DNA of 64,000 bases, from assembly GCA_030672305.1 (NCBI GenBank), contig DAOVGR010000050.1, forward strand, positions 32,302 through 96,301. The letters run 5' to 3'. A program made the translations under genes and the position numbers. Numbering within the stretch: position 1 is the stretch's first letter; each line of letters begins with the position of its first letter. Origin of the DNA: Thermoplasmatales archaeon (GTDB lineage: Archaea > Thermoplasmatota > E2 > DHVEG-1). The notes under the pieces were generated by a model. The model was not told where the DNA came from. It did not search any database and was given only the letters and a program-made list of their open reading frames with translations. Positions 38,272 through 47,255 of this stretch are shown piece by piece.

Positions 38272-39015
38272 ATGACTACACTTGGATATATTATCCTAAC
38301 TACATTTGGTATAGCACTTATTGCCTTCATCGGCATCTTTACTTTATCTTTAAAAGACAAAGTCTTGAACAAAATTTTATTGATTCTGGTAAGTCTCTCA
38401 GCTGGTGCATTAATGGGTGGTGCTTTTATTCATTTATTACCGGAATCAATTGAAAAAGGTGGAGATACAAATCCATTCATTTATGTTCTAATAGGTTTTA
38501 TTTTATTTTTTATAATAGAAAAAGTGTTGCATTGGCGACATTGCCATAAAGGAAAATGCGATGTTCATACATTTCATTACATGAACCTAATTGGTGACTC
38601 AATTCATAACTTCATTGATGGGCTAATAATTGCTGCCAGCTACATTGTATCAGTACCACTTGGACTAACTACAACAATTGCTATTGCTGCTCATGAAATC
38701 CCCCAGGAAATTGGTGATTTTGGAGTTCTAATATATGGAGGTTTTAATAAAAAGAAAGCTCTTGTTTTAAATTTCATTGTCGCTCTAACTATTGTTTTAG
38801 GTGGAGTTGTTGGATATTTTATATCTCAAAGTATAGAACAAGCAGTTGTCTTTTTAATACCATTTGCTGCAGGTGGTTTTATATATATTGCTGCTACAGA
38901 TTTAGTACCGGAAATAAAAAAGGAAACAAACGTTAAAAAATCTATGGCAACAATGTTAGTTTTTATTTGTGGGATATTACTTATGTGGTTGGTTAAGATA
39001 ATAGTCCACCATTAA
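38272..39015 (+). CDS. ZIP-family divalent metal transporter (ZupT-like)
   Basis: 247 aa with 8 TM helices. Conserved HNFIDGLIIAAS and HEIPQEIGDFGVL metal-binding helices. Confidence 0.8.
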   Translation: MTTLGYIILTTFGIALIAFIGIFTLSLKDKVLNKILLILVSLSAGALMGGAFIHLLPESIEKGGDTNPFIYVLIGFILFFIIEKVLHWRHCHKGKCDVHTFHYMNLIGDSIHNFIDGLIIAASYIVSVPLGLTTTIAIAAHEIPQEIGDFGVLIYGGFNKKKALVLNFIVALTIVLGGVVGYFISQSIEQAVVFLIPFAAGGFIYIAATDLVPEIKKETNVKKSMATMLVFICGILLMWLVKIIVHH

Positions 39016-39018
39016 AAA

Positions 39019-40557
39019 TTATGTCAAGGGTACATCCTTTCTTAAATCATCTCTCATTTTTTTTCCAGTTTGTTTCTCCCATTCTTTAATTGTAATTGAA
39101 TGTTTATTTCGGATTTTATCACCTATTCCAAGACCATTGTAAGAACAAAATGGAACAATACCTTCAAGAGTTGTATAATGAATTACACATCGCTCTAAAC
39201 GATCAACATTAAGGTTAAAAGCATCCTGGAACCACATTGATCCAACAAAGAGACTCTTGTAATGAAATCCTCGAAGTGAATCATAGCTTCCACCTATTGC
39301 TGCATCTTTCAAGAGTTTTTTTAGGTTAAAACCACTAGGTGCCTTATTATAATCCACAAATTTGTCAACTTTTGTTAAAAAAGCAGAAGCAACTCTAAGC
39401 TTTTTTAATGGCCCTCTAATTTTACTTTCTTTATCTACAAACTCAAGTAAACCTTCAACATCAATGAATCGTGTAATAGGCATAGGTTTTCCATTATCCA
39501 AAAATATATATGTTGCACCACCACAACCAGGATGAGCAGTAAACTCCACTTGGGTTTCTCCTTTCAATAGTTCGATTAGTTTTGAAATTGGATACACAAA
39601 TGGAACAGGATAAAAATCATCTTTAGATATTTGCCCATTAAATTCCTTTTCTATTGCATCCATCATTTTAACATAGTCAACTCGCTGCATTTCTCGCTTT
39701 TCATCTTTTATTTTTGTTATTCTACCGCAAAATGATACAGGTTGAAAATTTACACCTCTGATTATATCTATGTTATCGAGTGCAAATTTTACTATTTTTC
39801 CTGTCTCATGAAGATTTTTTCCTCCGATCAAAACAGGAACGAGTACTATTTTTAAGTTTACCTTTCTTAAATTATCAATTGCTTTTTTATTAAGATCTAT
39901 CCATGGATTGGTTTTTTTAGTCACACCATCAAAGCTCATATAGACGGTGTTTACCTTTGCTTCTTTTAGCTGCCGGCAATAATCAACACTATCAGCAAGT
40001 TTCAAACTATTAGTATTTACTTGAACATGAGAAAAACCGACTTCCTTAGCCATTTTTACAATATCTAAAAGATCCTTACGAATGGTTGGCTCCCCACCGG
40101 TTATCTGAATTGCTTTAGATCCCATTGGTCGTTCATTTCTTGCTTGAATCAGTAATTCTCTGATTTGTTCTAATGTTGGTTCATATACTCTACCAGATGC
40201 CCCAGCATTCATAAAACAATAGCTACATCTTAGATCACAGCGGTTTGTTACCAAAAGATTTGTAAGAACGCTTTGAGATTTATGCTCATCATATAATGCA
40301 GGTTCATCAAATATTTTAGTTTTAACATCTGGAGCTAAACTTCCTGTAACGATATATTTCATCCACTTTTTATAGAGATTTACATCACTAAAATAGATAT
40401 CTTTGAAAGATCCATGCTTCTTGCATTCTTTCGTTATATATACCTTTCCATCATCCTCAACAATAGCTGCATCTATTTTTTCGATTTTTCCCTCTTGATA
40501 ACAGGCTGGACAAACAGATGTAATTTTTTCTAATTCTCTCATATCCCTTCCATCCAT
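39019..40557 (-). CDS. Radical SAM enzyme with N-terminal zinc-ribbon; possibly tetraether lipid synthase (Tes / GDGT-MAS)-like
   Basis: 512 aa. CPACYQEG...CKKHG ribbon, radical SAM CxxxCxxC (NRCDLRCSYCF) and extra C-terminal Cys pair (CVIHYTTLEGIVPFCSYNG). Size and layout resemble the roughly 500-aa archaeal Tes/GDGT-MAS family. I cannot confirm the specific assignment without alignment. Confidence 0.7.
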   Translation of the reverse strand: MDGRDMRELEKITSVCPACYQEGKIEKIDAAIVEDDGKVYITKECKKHGSFKDIYFSDVNLYKKWMKYIVTGSLAPDVKTKIFDEPALYDEHKSQSVLTNLLVTNRCDLRCSYCFMNAGASGRVYEPTLEQIRELLIQARNERPMGSKAIQITGGEPTIRKDLLDIVKMAKEVGFSHVQVNTNSLKLADSVDYCRQLKEAKVNTVYMSFDGVTKKTNPWIDLNKKAIDNLRKVNLKIVLVPVLIGGKNLHETGKIVKFALDNIDIIRGVNFQPVSFCGRITKIKDEKREMQRVDYVKMMDAIEKEFNGQISKDDFYPVPFVYPISKLIELLKGETQVEFTAHPGCGGATYIFLDNGKPMPITRFIDVEGLLEFVDKESKIRGPLKKLRVASAFLTKVDKFVDYNKAPSGFNLKKLLKDAAIGGSYDSLRGFHYKSLFVGSMWFQDAFNLNVDRLERCVIHYTTLEGIVPFCSYNGLGIGDKIRNKHSITIKEWEKQTGKKMRDDLRKDVPLT

Positions 40558-40651
40558 TAAGTGGAATGATGAGCCTAAATGTGAAGTTCTATAAAGATTT
40601 AACTATTTAGAGGAGAAAATTTATAACATATTAGAGAATAACCGCAAACTT

Positions 40652-40885
40652 GTGTGTTTAGCTATACCTGGTAAAATTGTTGAAATAAATAAAGACAAAG
40701 AACATGCAGTAGTAGATTATGGGGATGGAACTAAACGTAAAGCTAATGTTACTCTTGTTAATGTAAAAATTGGTGATTATGTATTGGTTCATGCAGGTTT
40801 TGCAATAGAAGTTTTAAATGAAAAAGAAGCAAAAGAAACACTTGATCTTTTTAGAGAAATGCTTTCTGCAGAGGAGGACGTCTAG
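40652..40885 (+). CDS. hypC: [NiFe]-hydrogenase maturation chaperone HypC
   Basis: 77 aa. Begins with the invariant MCLAIP. Confidence 0.9.
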   Translation: MCLAIPGKIVEINKDKEHAVVDYGDGTKRKANVTLVNVKIGDYVLVHAGFAIEVLNEKEAKETLDLFREMLSAEEDV

Positions 40886-41967
40886 TGTTTTCTTTACGTG
40901 ATAAGAAACTTGCAGATGAAATTGTTTCGAAAATTAAGAAATTGGAGGTTAACTTAAAATTTATGCATGTATGTGGTACACATCAAGATACTCTTGTAAA
41001 AAATGGTTTAGATGTTCTACTAAAAGATTGTGGAATTGAGATTGGACAAGGTCCAGGTTGTCCGGTCTGTGTTACAACTCCTAAAGAAATCGAAGAAATG
41101 CTACTTCTTGCTAGAAAAGGTAAGACTGTTACAACTTTTGGAGATATGATAAATGTACCTGGTGAAACCCAATCTTTACGTAGCATTCGATCTGAAGGTT
41201 GTGATGTTAGAACTGTGTATGGTATTGAGGATGCCTTAGAAATTGCTAAAAATAACAAGGAAAAAGAAGTTGTTTTTATGGCTGTTGGTTTTGAAACAAC
41301 AGCACCTACTACTGCAACAGTAATACTTAATGAAAATCCACCAGATAATTTTTCAATTCTTTCTTGCCATCGTACAATACCTGAGGCATTAAAAGCAATC
41401 ATTGAAATGGGTGAAATAAAGATAGATGGACTTATTGAACCAGGTCATGTTTCCACAATTATTGGATCAAAACCTTATGAGTTCCTCTCAAAAGATTATA
41501 ATGTTCCTCAAGTAATAGCTGGATTTGAGCCAATTGATGTTTTAATGGGTGCATGGATGCTTGTTCAGCAAATAGAAAAGGATAAGGCTTTTGTTCAGAA
41601 TGAATACAAAAGAGTTGTCCATGAAGAAGGAAATGTTAAAGCTCAGCAGGCAATAAAAAAAGTCTTTGATTCAATAGATTTACAATGGCGAGGCTTTCCA
41701 ATTATTCCAAAATCAGGTCTTGTTTTAAATGACAAATTTGAGAGATATGATGCCCGTAAGAAATTTGAAGATGATCTAGAAGAATTAAAAGATAAGGAGT
41801 TTTTTGAGCATAAAGGTTGTCGATGTGGAGAATTGCTACGAGGATTAGCATCACCAAAAGACTGTCCTTTATTTGGTCAGGCATGTACACCGGAAACCCC
41901 AGTTGGCCCTTGTATGGTAAGTATTGAAGGCAGTTGTAATATTGAATACCGATATTCAGAAAAATAA
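40885..41967 (+). CDS. hypD: [NiFe]-hydrogenase maturation factor HypD
   Basis: 360 aa. CGTHQD, GPGCPVCV and C-terminal CxxC...CPVC-type Fe-S motifs. Confidence 0.9.
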   Translation: MFSLRDKKLADEIVSKIKKLEVNLKFMHVCGTHQDTLVKNGLDVLLKDCGIEIGQGPGCPVCVTTPKEIEEMLLLARKGKTVTTFGDMINVPGETQSLRSIRSEGCDVRTVYGIEDALEIAKNNKEKEVVFMAVGFETTAPTTATVILNENPPDNFSILSCHRTIPEALKAIIEMGEIKIDGLIEPGHVSTIIGSKPYEFLSKDYNVPQVIAGFEPIDVLMGAWMLVQQIEKDKAFVQNEYKRVVHEEGNVKAQQAIKKVFDSIDLQWRGFPIIPKSGLVLNDKFERYDARKKFEDDLEELKDKEFFEHKGCRCGELLRGLASPKDCPLFGQACTPETPVGPCMVSIEGSCNIEYRYSEK

Positions 41968-42666
41968 TTGGTAATCAGTATGAATTATAACGATGTTATA
42001 AATCAGTTAAAATCAATGAGTGAGCCTAAAAATGTTGAGGGAATGGCTCGTTATGGAATTAACCCAAAAAATAACCTTGGCATTTCTATTTACAAATTAA
42101 GACCTCTTGCAAAAAAGATAGGTAAGAATCACAATCTTTCTTTAAAACTATGGAATTCTGGTATTCATGACGCAAGATTACTAGCAGTGTTTGTTGAGAA
42201 CCCTTCACAAGTTACAGAGAAACAAATGGATTCATGGGCAAAAGATTTTGATTCTTGGGATGTATGTGACCAAGCATGTACTAGTCTTTTTGATTTAACA
42301 CCACATGCATGGAAAAAGGTATATGAATGGGCAAATCGAGATGAGGAATTTGTAAAGCGCGCAGCTTTTTCAATTATTGCAGGTCTTGCAGTTCATGATA
42401 AAAAAGCAGCTGATATAAAATTTGAAGAGTTATTTATAATTATTAAAAGAGAAGCAACAGACGGTCGTAACTATGTTAAAAAAGCTGTAAATTGGGCTTT
42501 GAGAAATATTGGCAAAAGAAATCTTGGATTAAATAAAAAAGCAATAAACACAGCAAAAGAAATCAAAAAAATAGATTCAAAATCAGCAAAATGGATTGCA
42601 AATGATGTTATTCGGGAGCTTACCAGTAGTAAAATTCAAGAAAGAATAAAAAATAAAATTAACTAA
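41968..42666 (+). CDS. DNA alkylation repair protein (AlkC/AlkD-like HEAT-repeat glycosylase family)
   Basis: 232 aa all-helical. Blocks EGMARYGINPKNNLGISIYKLRPLAKKIGKNHNLSLKLWNSGIHDARLLA and FDSWDVCDQ typical of the DNA_alkylation family. Its TAA stop codon lies inside the target duplication of the downstream IS. Confidence 0.7.
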   Translation: MVISMNYNDVINQLKSMSEPKNVEGMARYGINPKNNLGISIYKLRPLAKKIGKNHNLSLKLWNSGIHDARLLAVFVENPSQVTEKQMDSWAKDFDSWDVCDQACTSLFDLTPHAWKKVYEWANRDEEFVKRAAFSIIAGLAVHDKKAADIKFEELFIIIKREATDGRNYVKKAVNWALRNIGKRNLGLNKKAINTAKEIKKIDSKSAKWIANDVIRELTSSKIQERIKNKIN

Positions 42667-42685
42667 CTTGACTTTGTCAGATTAG
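42667..42685. repeat. IS left terminal inverted repeat
   Basis: cttgactttgtcagattag. Pairs with 44330-44348. Confidence 0.7.
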
Positions 42686-42874
42686 CAAAAATCAGTATGC
42701 ATATGCTAAATATTGCAGCCTCTGTTGCAATAATAAAATCAACATAAATCAGCTATTTTCTATGATTCTCTTCAAAATGCATCTGCTGGTGTATTCAGCA
42801 GATAAGAAACAATCTTTCTATTACTAACCTAAGAAGGTAAGAACTACCTCCGACAATATCTTGTTACTCACTTG

Positions 42875-44248
42875 TTATTTATTCCGCCGGTGATGCGAAT
42901 GGCGAGCAGACAACCGACGTTTATGTTTCTCAAGGATGAGTTGTATCAACTCTTCACTGGTTACATGCCTTTTTGGCATGATGACTTCAAAAATCTCTTT
43001 GACGTCCTGCACAGTTAAAAACTCAACTTTCTTCCCCAAATCTATGGATAGCACCATAAGATATAGCATTGCAAGAATAGTCATGGTCATATGATGATGC
43101 CAACCAGTCCAATTACGTACCTGATAATCTGCCAGTCCTGCGATGCCTTTTCCATCTTCAAATGTTCTTTCAATCCAATACCTGCTCCCAGACATTTGAC
43201 CTAAACGATTAATACATGTATCAACAGGAGCATTTGATAACTGATATTTAATTTCTTTACTCTTTGGATCCTTTCGGATGATCAACCAGCATTCATCTCC
43301 GGGGAGGCTATCATTTTCACTTGGAAATACACGCGGGCAGGCCATATCTGCCCATAACTCCCTTCGCTCGGTATCTCGGATAAACACATGATGCCACTCC
43401 TCGCCATCCAGTTGATCTTTAAGATCTCTCACCTTAATTGAATCTGCTCCTTCAATCACTTTCTCACGAGTAGGATTACGACCACGAACACCTTTTTTAC
43501 GTGACGGCACTCCTGTTATCGGACGCTCCAACCATACACCAAGGTTACAAGGAATATCAGCAATATACACCAAACCCTGTGCATCTATCTTGTTTCTCAA
43601 CCATGAGTCACGACCATAGAAACAATCTATCCCCACCCAGCCGAAAGGCACCTTGTTCTTCTTTTGTGCATGAAGAATCATCTCCCATGCAAGCTCTGTT
43701 TTTTTCTTAAAACGAACATACCATGGCACCCCGCATTTCCTCCGACGTACCTTATCCGGTATCCATTCCTTTGGAAGAAATAATCGTTCATCAATCAACG
43801 TCCTATAAGAGTCCTTGGTATATCCAAGGAAGATACCTACCTGACAATTCGCTATCTTTCCTAGTCGACCGCAATACTGTGGAGCCGCACCCACTGAATC
43901 AGTTCCTTGTTTAGGAAAACAACATTCATCAATATGTATTGAACCTTTATTTTTATCTCCAATAGCATCAATGACGTCACGTTGAATATGATTAATTACA
44001 GGTCGATGATTCCATGGTGAATTAGATACAAAATGTTGCAGGGATTGATTGTTACAATCAGGAACATCTTTTGCATATGAACACATGTTACCTCTACCTT
44101 TTCCAAGCAGCTTTCCCTGAATGTACTGGAATGATTGCTTTGCCATATTTCGGGTTTTTGTTAAAAAATACAAGGCATATCCATCATGGAAACATTTAAG
44201 CTTATCATGTGATCCATCTAAATCCTTTACGGATAATGAAAACTTCAT
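42875..44248 (-). CDS. IS701-family (IS4 superfamily) DDE transposase
   Basis: 457 aa. C-terminal signature SGSRYWIERTFEDGKGIAGLADYQVRNWTGWHHHMTMTILAMLYL. G+C visibly higher than flanking DNA. Confidence 0.85.
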   Translation of the reverse strand: MKFSLSVKDLDGSHDKLKCFHDGYALYFLTKTRNMAKQSFQYIQGKLLGKGRGNMCSYAKDVPDCNNQSLQHFVSNSPWNHRPVINHIQRDVIDAIGDKNKGSIHIDECCFPKQGTDSVGAAPQYCGRLGKIANCQVGIFLGYTKDSYRTLIDERLFLPKEWIPDKVRRRKCGVPWYVRFKKKTELAWEMILHAQKKNKVPFGWVGIDCFYGRDSWLRNKIDAQGLVYIADIPCNLGVWLERPITGVPSRKKGVRGRNPTREKVIEGADSIKVRDLKDQLDGEEWHHVFIRDTERRELWADMACPRVFPSENDSLPGDECWLIIRKDPKSKEIKYQLSNAPVDTCINRLGQMSGSRYWIERTFEDGKGIAGLADYQVRNWTGWHHHMTMTILAMLYLMVLSIDLGKKVEFLTVQDVKEIFEVIMPKRHVTSEELIQLILEKHKRRLSARHSHHRRNK

Positions 44249-44329
44249 TTATGCATCCCATCCACTGATGGGAAGGTAGATGGATGTTTAAAAAGGATAT
44301 TGTGTATTTTACCTTAATTGAAAAAAAAT

Positions 44330-44348
44330 CTAAAGTGACAAAGTCAAG
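44330..44348. repeat. IS right terminal inverted repeat
   Basis: ctaaagtgacaaagtcaag. Its reverse complement matches the left inverted repeat at 17 of 19 positions. Confidence 0.7.
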
Positions 44349-44358
44349 CTAATGTAAT

Positions 44359-44607
44359 TTATTTTGGCTTGTATTTATCCATTTTTTTATTTGCAATTTT
44401 GCTTGTTATTATATAATAAGTATATACTAAAACAAGCTCAATTGCAAAAATAATTAAAAACCAAACAAAAGTAGAACCAATCCTTAATAGATTATTTGTA
44501 TTTGTTATATCTAAACCAAAAGTTATAACAATAGAACCTAAGAATGGTATAAACATACCAACAATTACTATTATTAGTATCTGTATCAAATCCCTGTTTT
44601 TACCCAT
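44359..44607 (-). CDS. Small membrane protein (2 TM), unknown function
   Basis: 82 aa and hydrophobic. Lies between the IS and hypF. Coding status uncertain. Confidence 0.35.
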   Translation of the reverse strand: MGKNRDLIQILIIVIVGMFIPFLGSIVITFGLDITNTNNLLRIGSTFVWFLIIFAIELVLVYTYYIITSKIANKKMDKYKPK

Positions 44608-44653
44608 AACACATCAGCGATAAATAATTGATTTTTAAAAGTTACTTAATGAT

Positions 44654-46846
44654 TTAAGAATTCAGTTTATTCCCAATAATAGCATTTTGACCAATAGAAA
44701 TACCACCATCACCATTAGGAATCTGATTATGAACGGTTAACTTCAATCCTGCTTTTTCAACTTGTTTTTCTATCATCTCTACAATAGGAATATTGTAAGA
44801 TACCCCGCCTGTTAATCCAACGTTCTTAATACCTAAATTATCTGTATAATCAATAGCTATATTTGTAAGATCATCAAGAATAGTTTTAACAAACGAAAAA
44901 ACAAAATCTGCTTTTTCTTTTTCAGTTAGAGGTTTATTTATCATCTCATCAAGTTGTCTAAATAGATCAATAGTACCAACAACACCATTTTTTACTTCAC
45001 TGTTAAATGAATATTTAGATTCCCCAACAGAAAGATACTTCTCAAGCTTCATAGCAGGTTCACCATCATAAGTTCTCTTTGTACATATATTTAGATAACA
45101 GGAAAGAGTATCAAGTACACGTCCTAGACTGCATGATTGTGGTGATTTATCCATTAATTTACTAAGGATAGATGCTTCATCTCCTGTAAAGAATTTTTCA
45201 ATATCGAATTTTTTAAAAACGGCAAAAACAAGTCTTCGTGGATCACGGGTTGCCTGGTCACCACCAAGAAGAGGAATATATCCAAGATGACCAACACGAT
45301 CAAATTCTTCAAAATTTGAAATAAGAATTTCCCCACCCCAATAAGTTCCGTCGCTGCCATATCCAAGACCATCTAATGTTAAAACAACGCTTTCCTTAAT
45401 ATTTCTATCAACTAAAAGTGAAACAGCATGAGCCCAATGATGTTGAACTTCAAATAAAGGAACTGAAAATTCCTCAGAAAACTTCTTAGCTATCTTTCTT
45501 GAATCGTAACCTGGATGAAGATCCTGAACAATAGCATCAATCTTAGGCTTCTTCATTATAAGTTTTATAAGATAATTCAGGCTATCTTCTAAAAATTCAA
45601 GGGTTGAATAGTATTTTGAATTGCCAATATACTGAGTTGCATAAACACTTTTATTATGAGAAATTGCACCTGTAATGTTTTCACCAGCACCAACACTTAA
45701 AATTCGATTATTATATGAAACAGCAATAGGTTCTGGAACATAACCTCGTGATCTCCTAATAAAAAAGGTATTATCTTTCCACAACCTAACAACAGAATCA
45801 TCGACTCTATTTGGTATACTTCTATTATGTAAAAGGTAAATATCTGCATCTATAGAAAATGCTTCCTCATCTGTAGTAATCATTGCCTCTCCAGGAATAT
45901 TTGAAGAGGTCATTACAAGAGCATCTGATTTTAAATATGAAAAGAGAAGATGGTGCAAACCAGTATAGGGTAAAAATAATCCAATTGTGTTTAATCCAGG
46001 AGATACTTCTTCACAATTGATCTTATTTAAAAGAACAATAGGTCTGCTCTTAGAAAGTAATTTTTTTTTCTCATCTTCATTTATATTAGCGTATTTTTTT
46101 GCAGTTTCAAGGTCTCTAACCATCAAAGCAAAAGCTTTTTGTGGACGGCCATACCACCCTCTAAACCGACTAATTTGACTAAGATTACAGCACAGATGCA
46201 TTCCACCCCATGATTTTATAACGCCAATTTTACCAGCATCTATCTGATTTGCAAAACGCTTTATTGCATGTTTTTCTCCTAGATCTTTTTTCTTTTTGTC
46301 ATATAAATTATATTTCGGACCACATTTTGGGCAAGAAATCGTCTGAGCATGATAACGGCGATTTAAGGGATTTTTATATTCTTGTTGACAGTCCCTGCAT
46401 AACTTAAATACGTCCATGCTAGTTCTTTCTCTATCATATGGAACATCTTTTACTAGACTATAGCGGGCACCACAAACAGTACAATTAGTAAAAGGAAAAT
46501 GATAACGCCTATCTTTTTCATCCAAAAGCTCTTTCAAACAATCATTACAGATTCCAACATCAATAGGAATTAATGATTGTCTTTCGCCTTTTTCACTATG
46601 AAGAATTTTAAAATCGTCAAATGTTCTATTATCATTTTTTTCAATAATTTCTGTTATCTTTGCAATTGATGGTAGATGATCTTTTACTTGTTTGATAAAT
46701 TCATCTTTTTTTTTATCTATAACTACTTCTACCTCTGAGCCCTTGTTTAAAACATAACCATTTAGATTTAATTTTTTTGCAATGCGATAAATAGTTGGTC
46801 TAAAACCTACTCCTTGTACTACACCTTTAAAGATAAGTTTCATCAA
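44654..46846 (-). CDS. hypF: [NiFe]-hydrogenase maturation carbamoyltransferase HypF
   Basis: 730 aa. N-terminal acylphosphatase domain (VQGVGFRPTIYRIAKKL), two CxxC-x18-CxxC zinc fingers, then YrdC-like and Kae1-like domains. Confidence 0.9.
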   Translation of the reverse strand: MMKLIFKGVVQGVGFRPTIYRIAKKLNLNGYVLNKGSEVEVVIDKKKDEFIKQVKDHLPSIAKITEIIEKNDNRTFDDFKILHSEKGERQSLIPIDVGICNDCLKELLDEKDRRYHFPFTNCTVCGARYSLVKDVPYDRERTSMDVFKLCRDCQQEYKNPLNRRYHAQTISCPKCGPKYNLYDKKKKDLGEKHAIKRFANQIDAGKIGVIKSWGGMHLCCNLSQISRFRGWYGRPQKAFALMVRDLETAKKYANINEDEKKKLLSKSRPIVLLNKINCEEVSPGLNTIGLFLPYTGLHHLLFSYLKSDALVMTSSNIPGEAMITTDEEAFSIDADIYLLHNRSIPNRVDDSVVRLWKDNTFFIRRSRGYVPEPIAVSYNNRILSVGAGENITGAISHNKSVYATQYIGNSKYYSTLEFLEDSLNYLIKLIMKKPKIDAIVQDLHPGYDSRKIAKKFSEEFSVPLFEVQHHWAHAVSLLVDRNIKESVVLTLDGLGYGSDGTYWGGEILISNFEEFDRVGHLGYIPLLGGDQATRDPRRLVFAVFKKFDIEKFFTGDEASILSKLMDKSPQSCSLGRVLDTLSCYLNICTKRTYDGEPAMKLEKYLSVGESKYSFNSEVKNGVVGTIDLFRQLDEMINKPLTEKEKADFVFSFVKTILDDLTNIAIDYTDNLGIKNVGLTGGVSYNIPIVEMIEKQVEKAGLKLTVHNQIPNGDGGISIGQNAIIGNKLNS

Positions 46847-46853
46847 ATCTTAC

Positions 46854-47255
46854 CTATTCAACAATTAAATCCTTGGAATAAGGATCTGCATCAGCAAGTA
46901 AAAACTCATCACCCATGGTCAAACAATTTGTTGGACAAACATCATTACATTGACTGCAAAAACAACATCTAGCAAGAAATATCTTAATTTTTTTCTCCTT
47001 GGGTTTAAATTCAATAGCTTCACAAGGGCAGTACTTTATGCACAGTTGACATCCAGTACATTTTTCTTTGTCATATTTTATTTTTCCACGGAAGCCTTTA
47101 GGTGTTTGAATTGGTGGAACAATCTCTGCCTTACCTTCACCAACATCTGCTAAAAATTGAGTTGTATTTGAAGGTGCATATTTAGCAGGAAACTTATTTG
47201 TCCATGGTTTTTTAAACATTTGAACAAAAACTGATGGTAACATAGAAAATCTCAT
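46854..47255 (-). CDS. Group-4 [NiFe]-hydrogenase 2x[4Fe-4S] ferredoxin subunit (NuoI/EchF/MbhN-like)
   Basis: 133 aa. Two CxxCxxCxxxCP motifs (CTGCQLCIKYCP, CCFCSQCNDVCP). Confidence 0.8.
   Translation of the reverse strand: MRFSMLPSVFVQMFKKPWTNKFPAKYAPSNTTQFLADVGEGKAEIVPPIQTPKGFRGKIKYDKEKCTGCQLCIKYCPCEAIEFKPKEKKIKIFLARCCFCSQCNDVCPTNCLTMGDEFLLADADPYSKDLIVE

Larger units (their letters stand above)
42667..44348 (-). mobile_element. IS701-family insertion sequence (1682 bp) with terminal inverted repeats and 4-bp CTAA target-site duplication
   Basis: Left end cttgactttgtcagattag (42667-42685) versus reverse complement of right end ctaaagtgacaaagtcaag (44330-44348). 17 of 19 positions match, with a perfect 13-bp core. 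Flanking direct repeat CTAA at 42663-42666 and 44349-44352. Contains a single DDE transposase ORF. G+C visibly higher than flanks. Confidence 0.75.

Noticed and set aside
40983-41402. Minus-strand 139-aa ORF inside hypD
   Set aside because: Antisense to the conserved HypD core.
42780-44340. Alternative inner inverted-repeat candidates (aaggtaa-type) near the transposase gene ends
   Set aside because: Only 7-bp partial matches. The outer 13-bp perfect / 19-bp imperfect repeats with a matching 4-bp CTAA duplication are far better supported.
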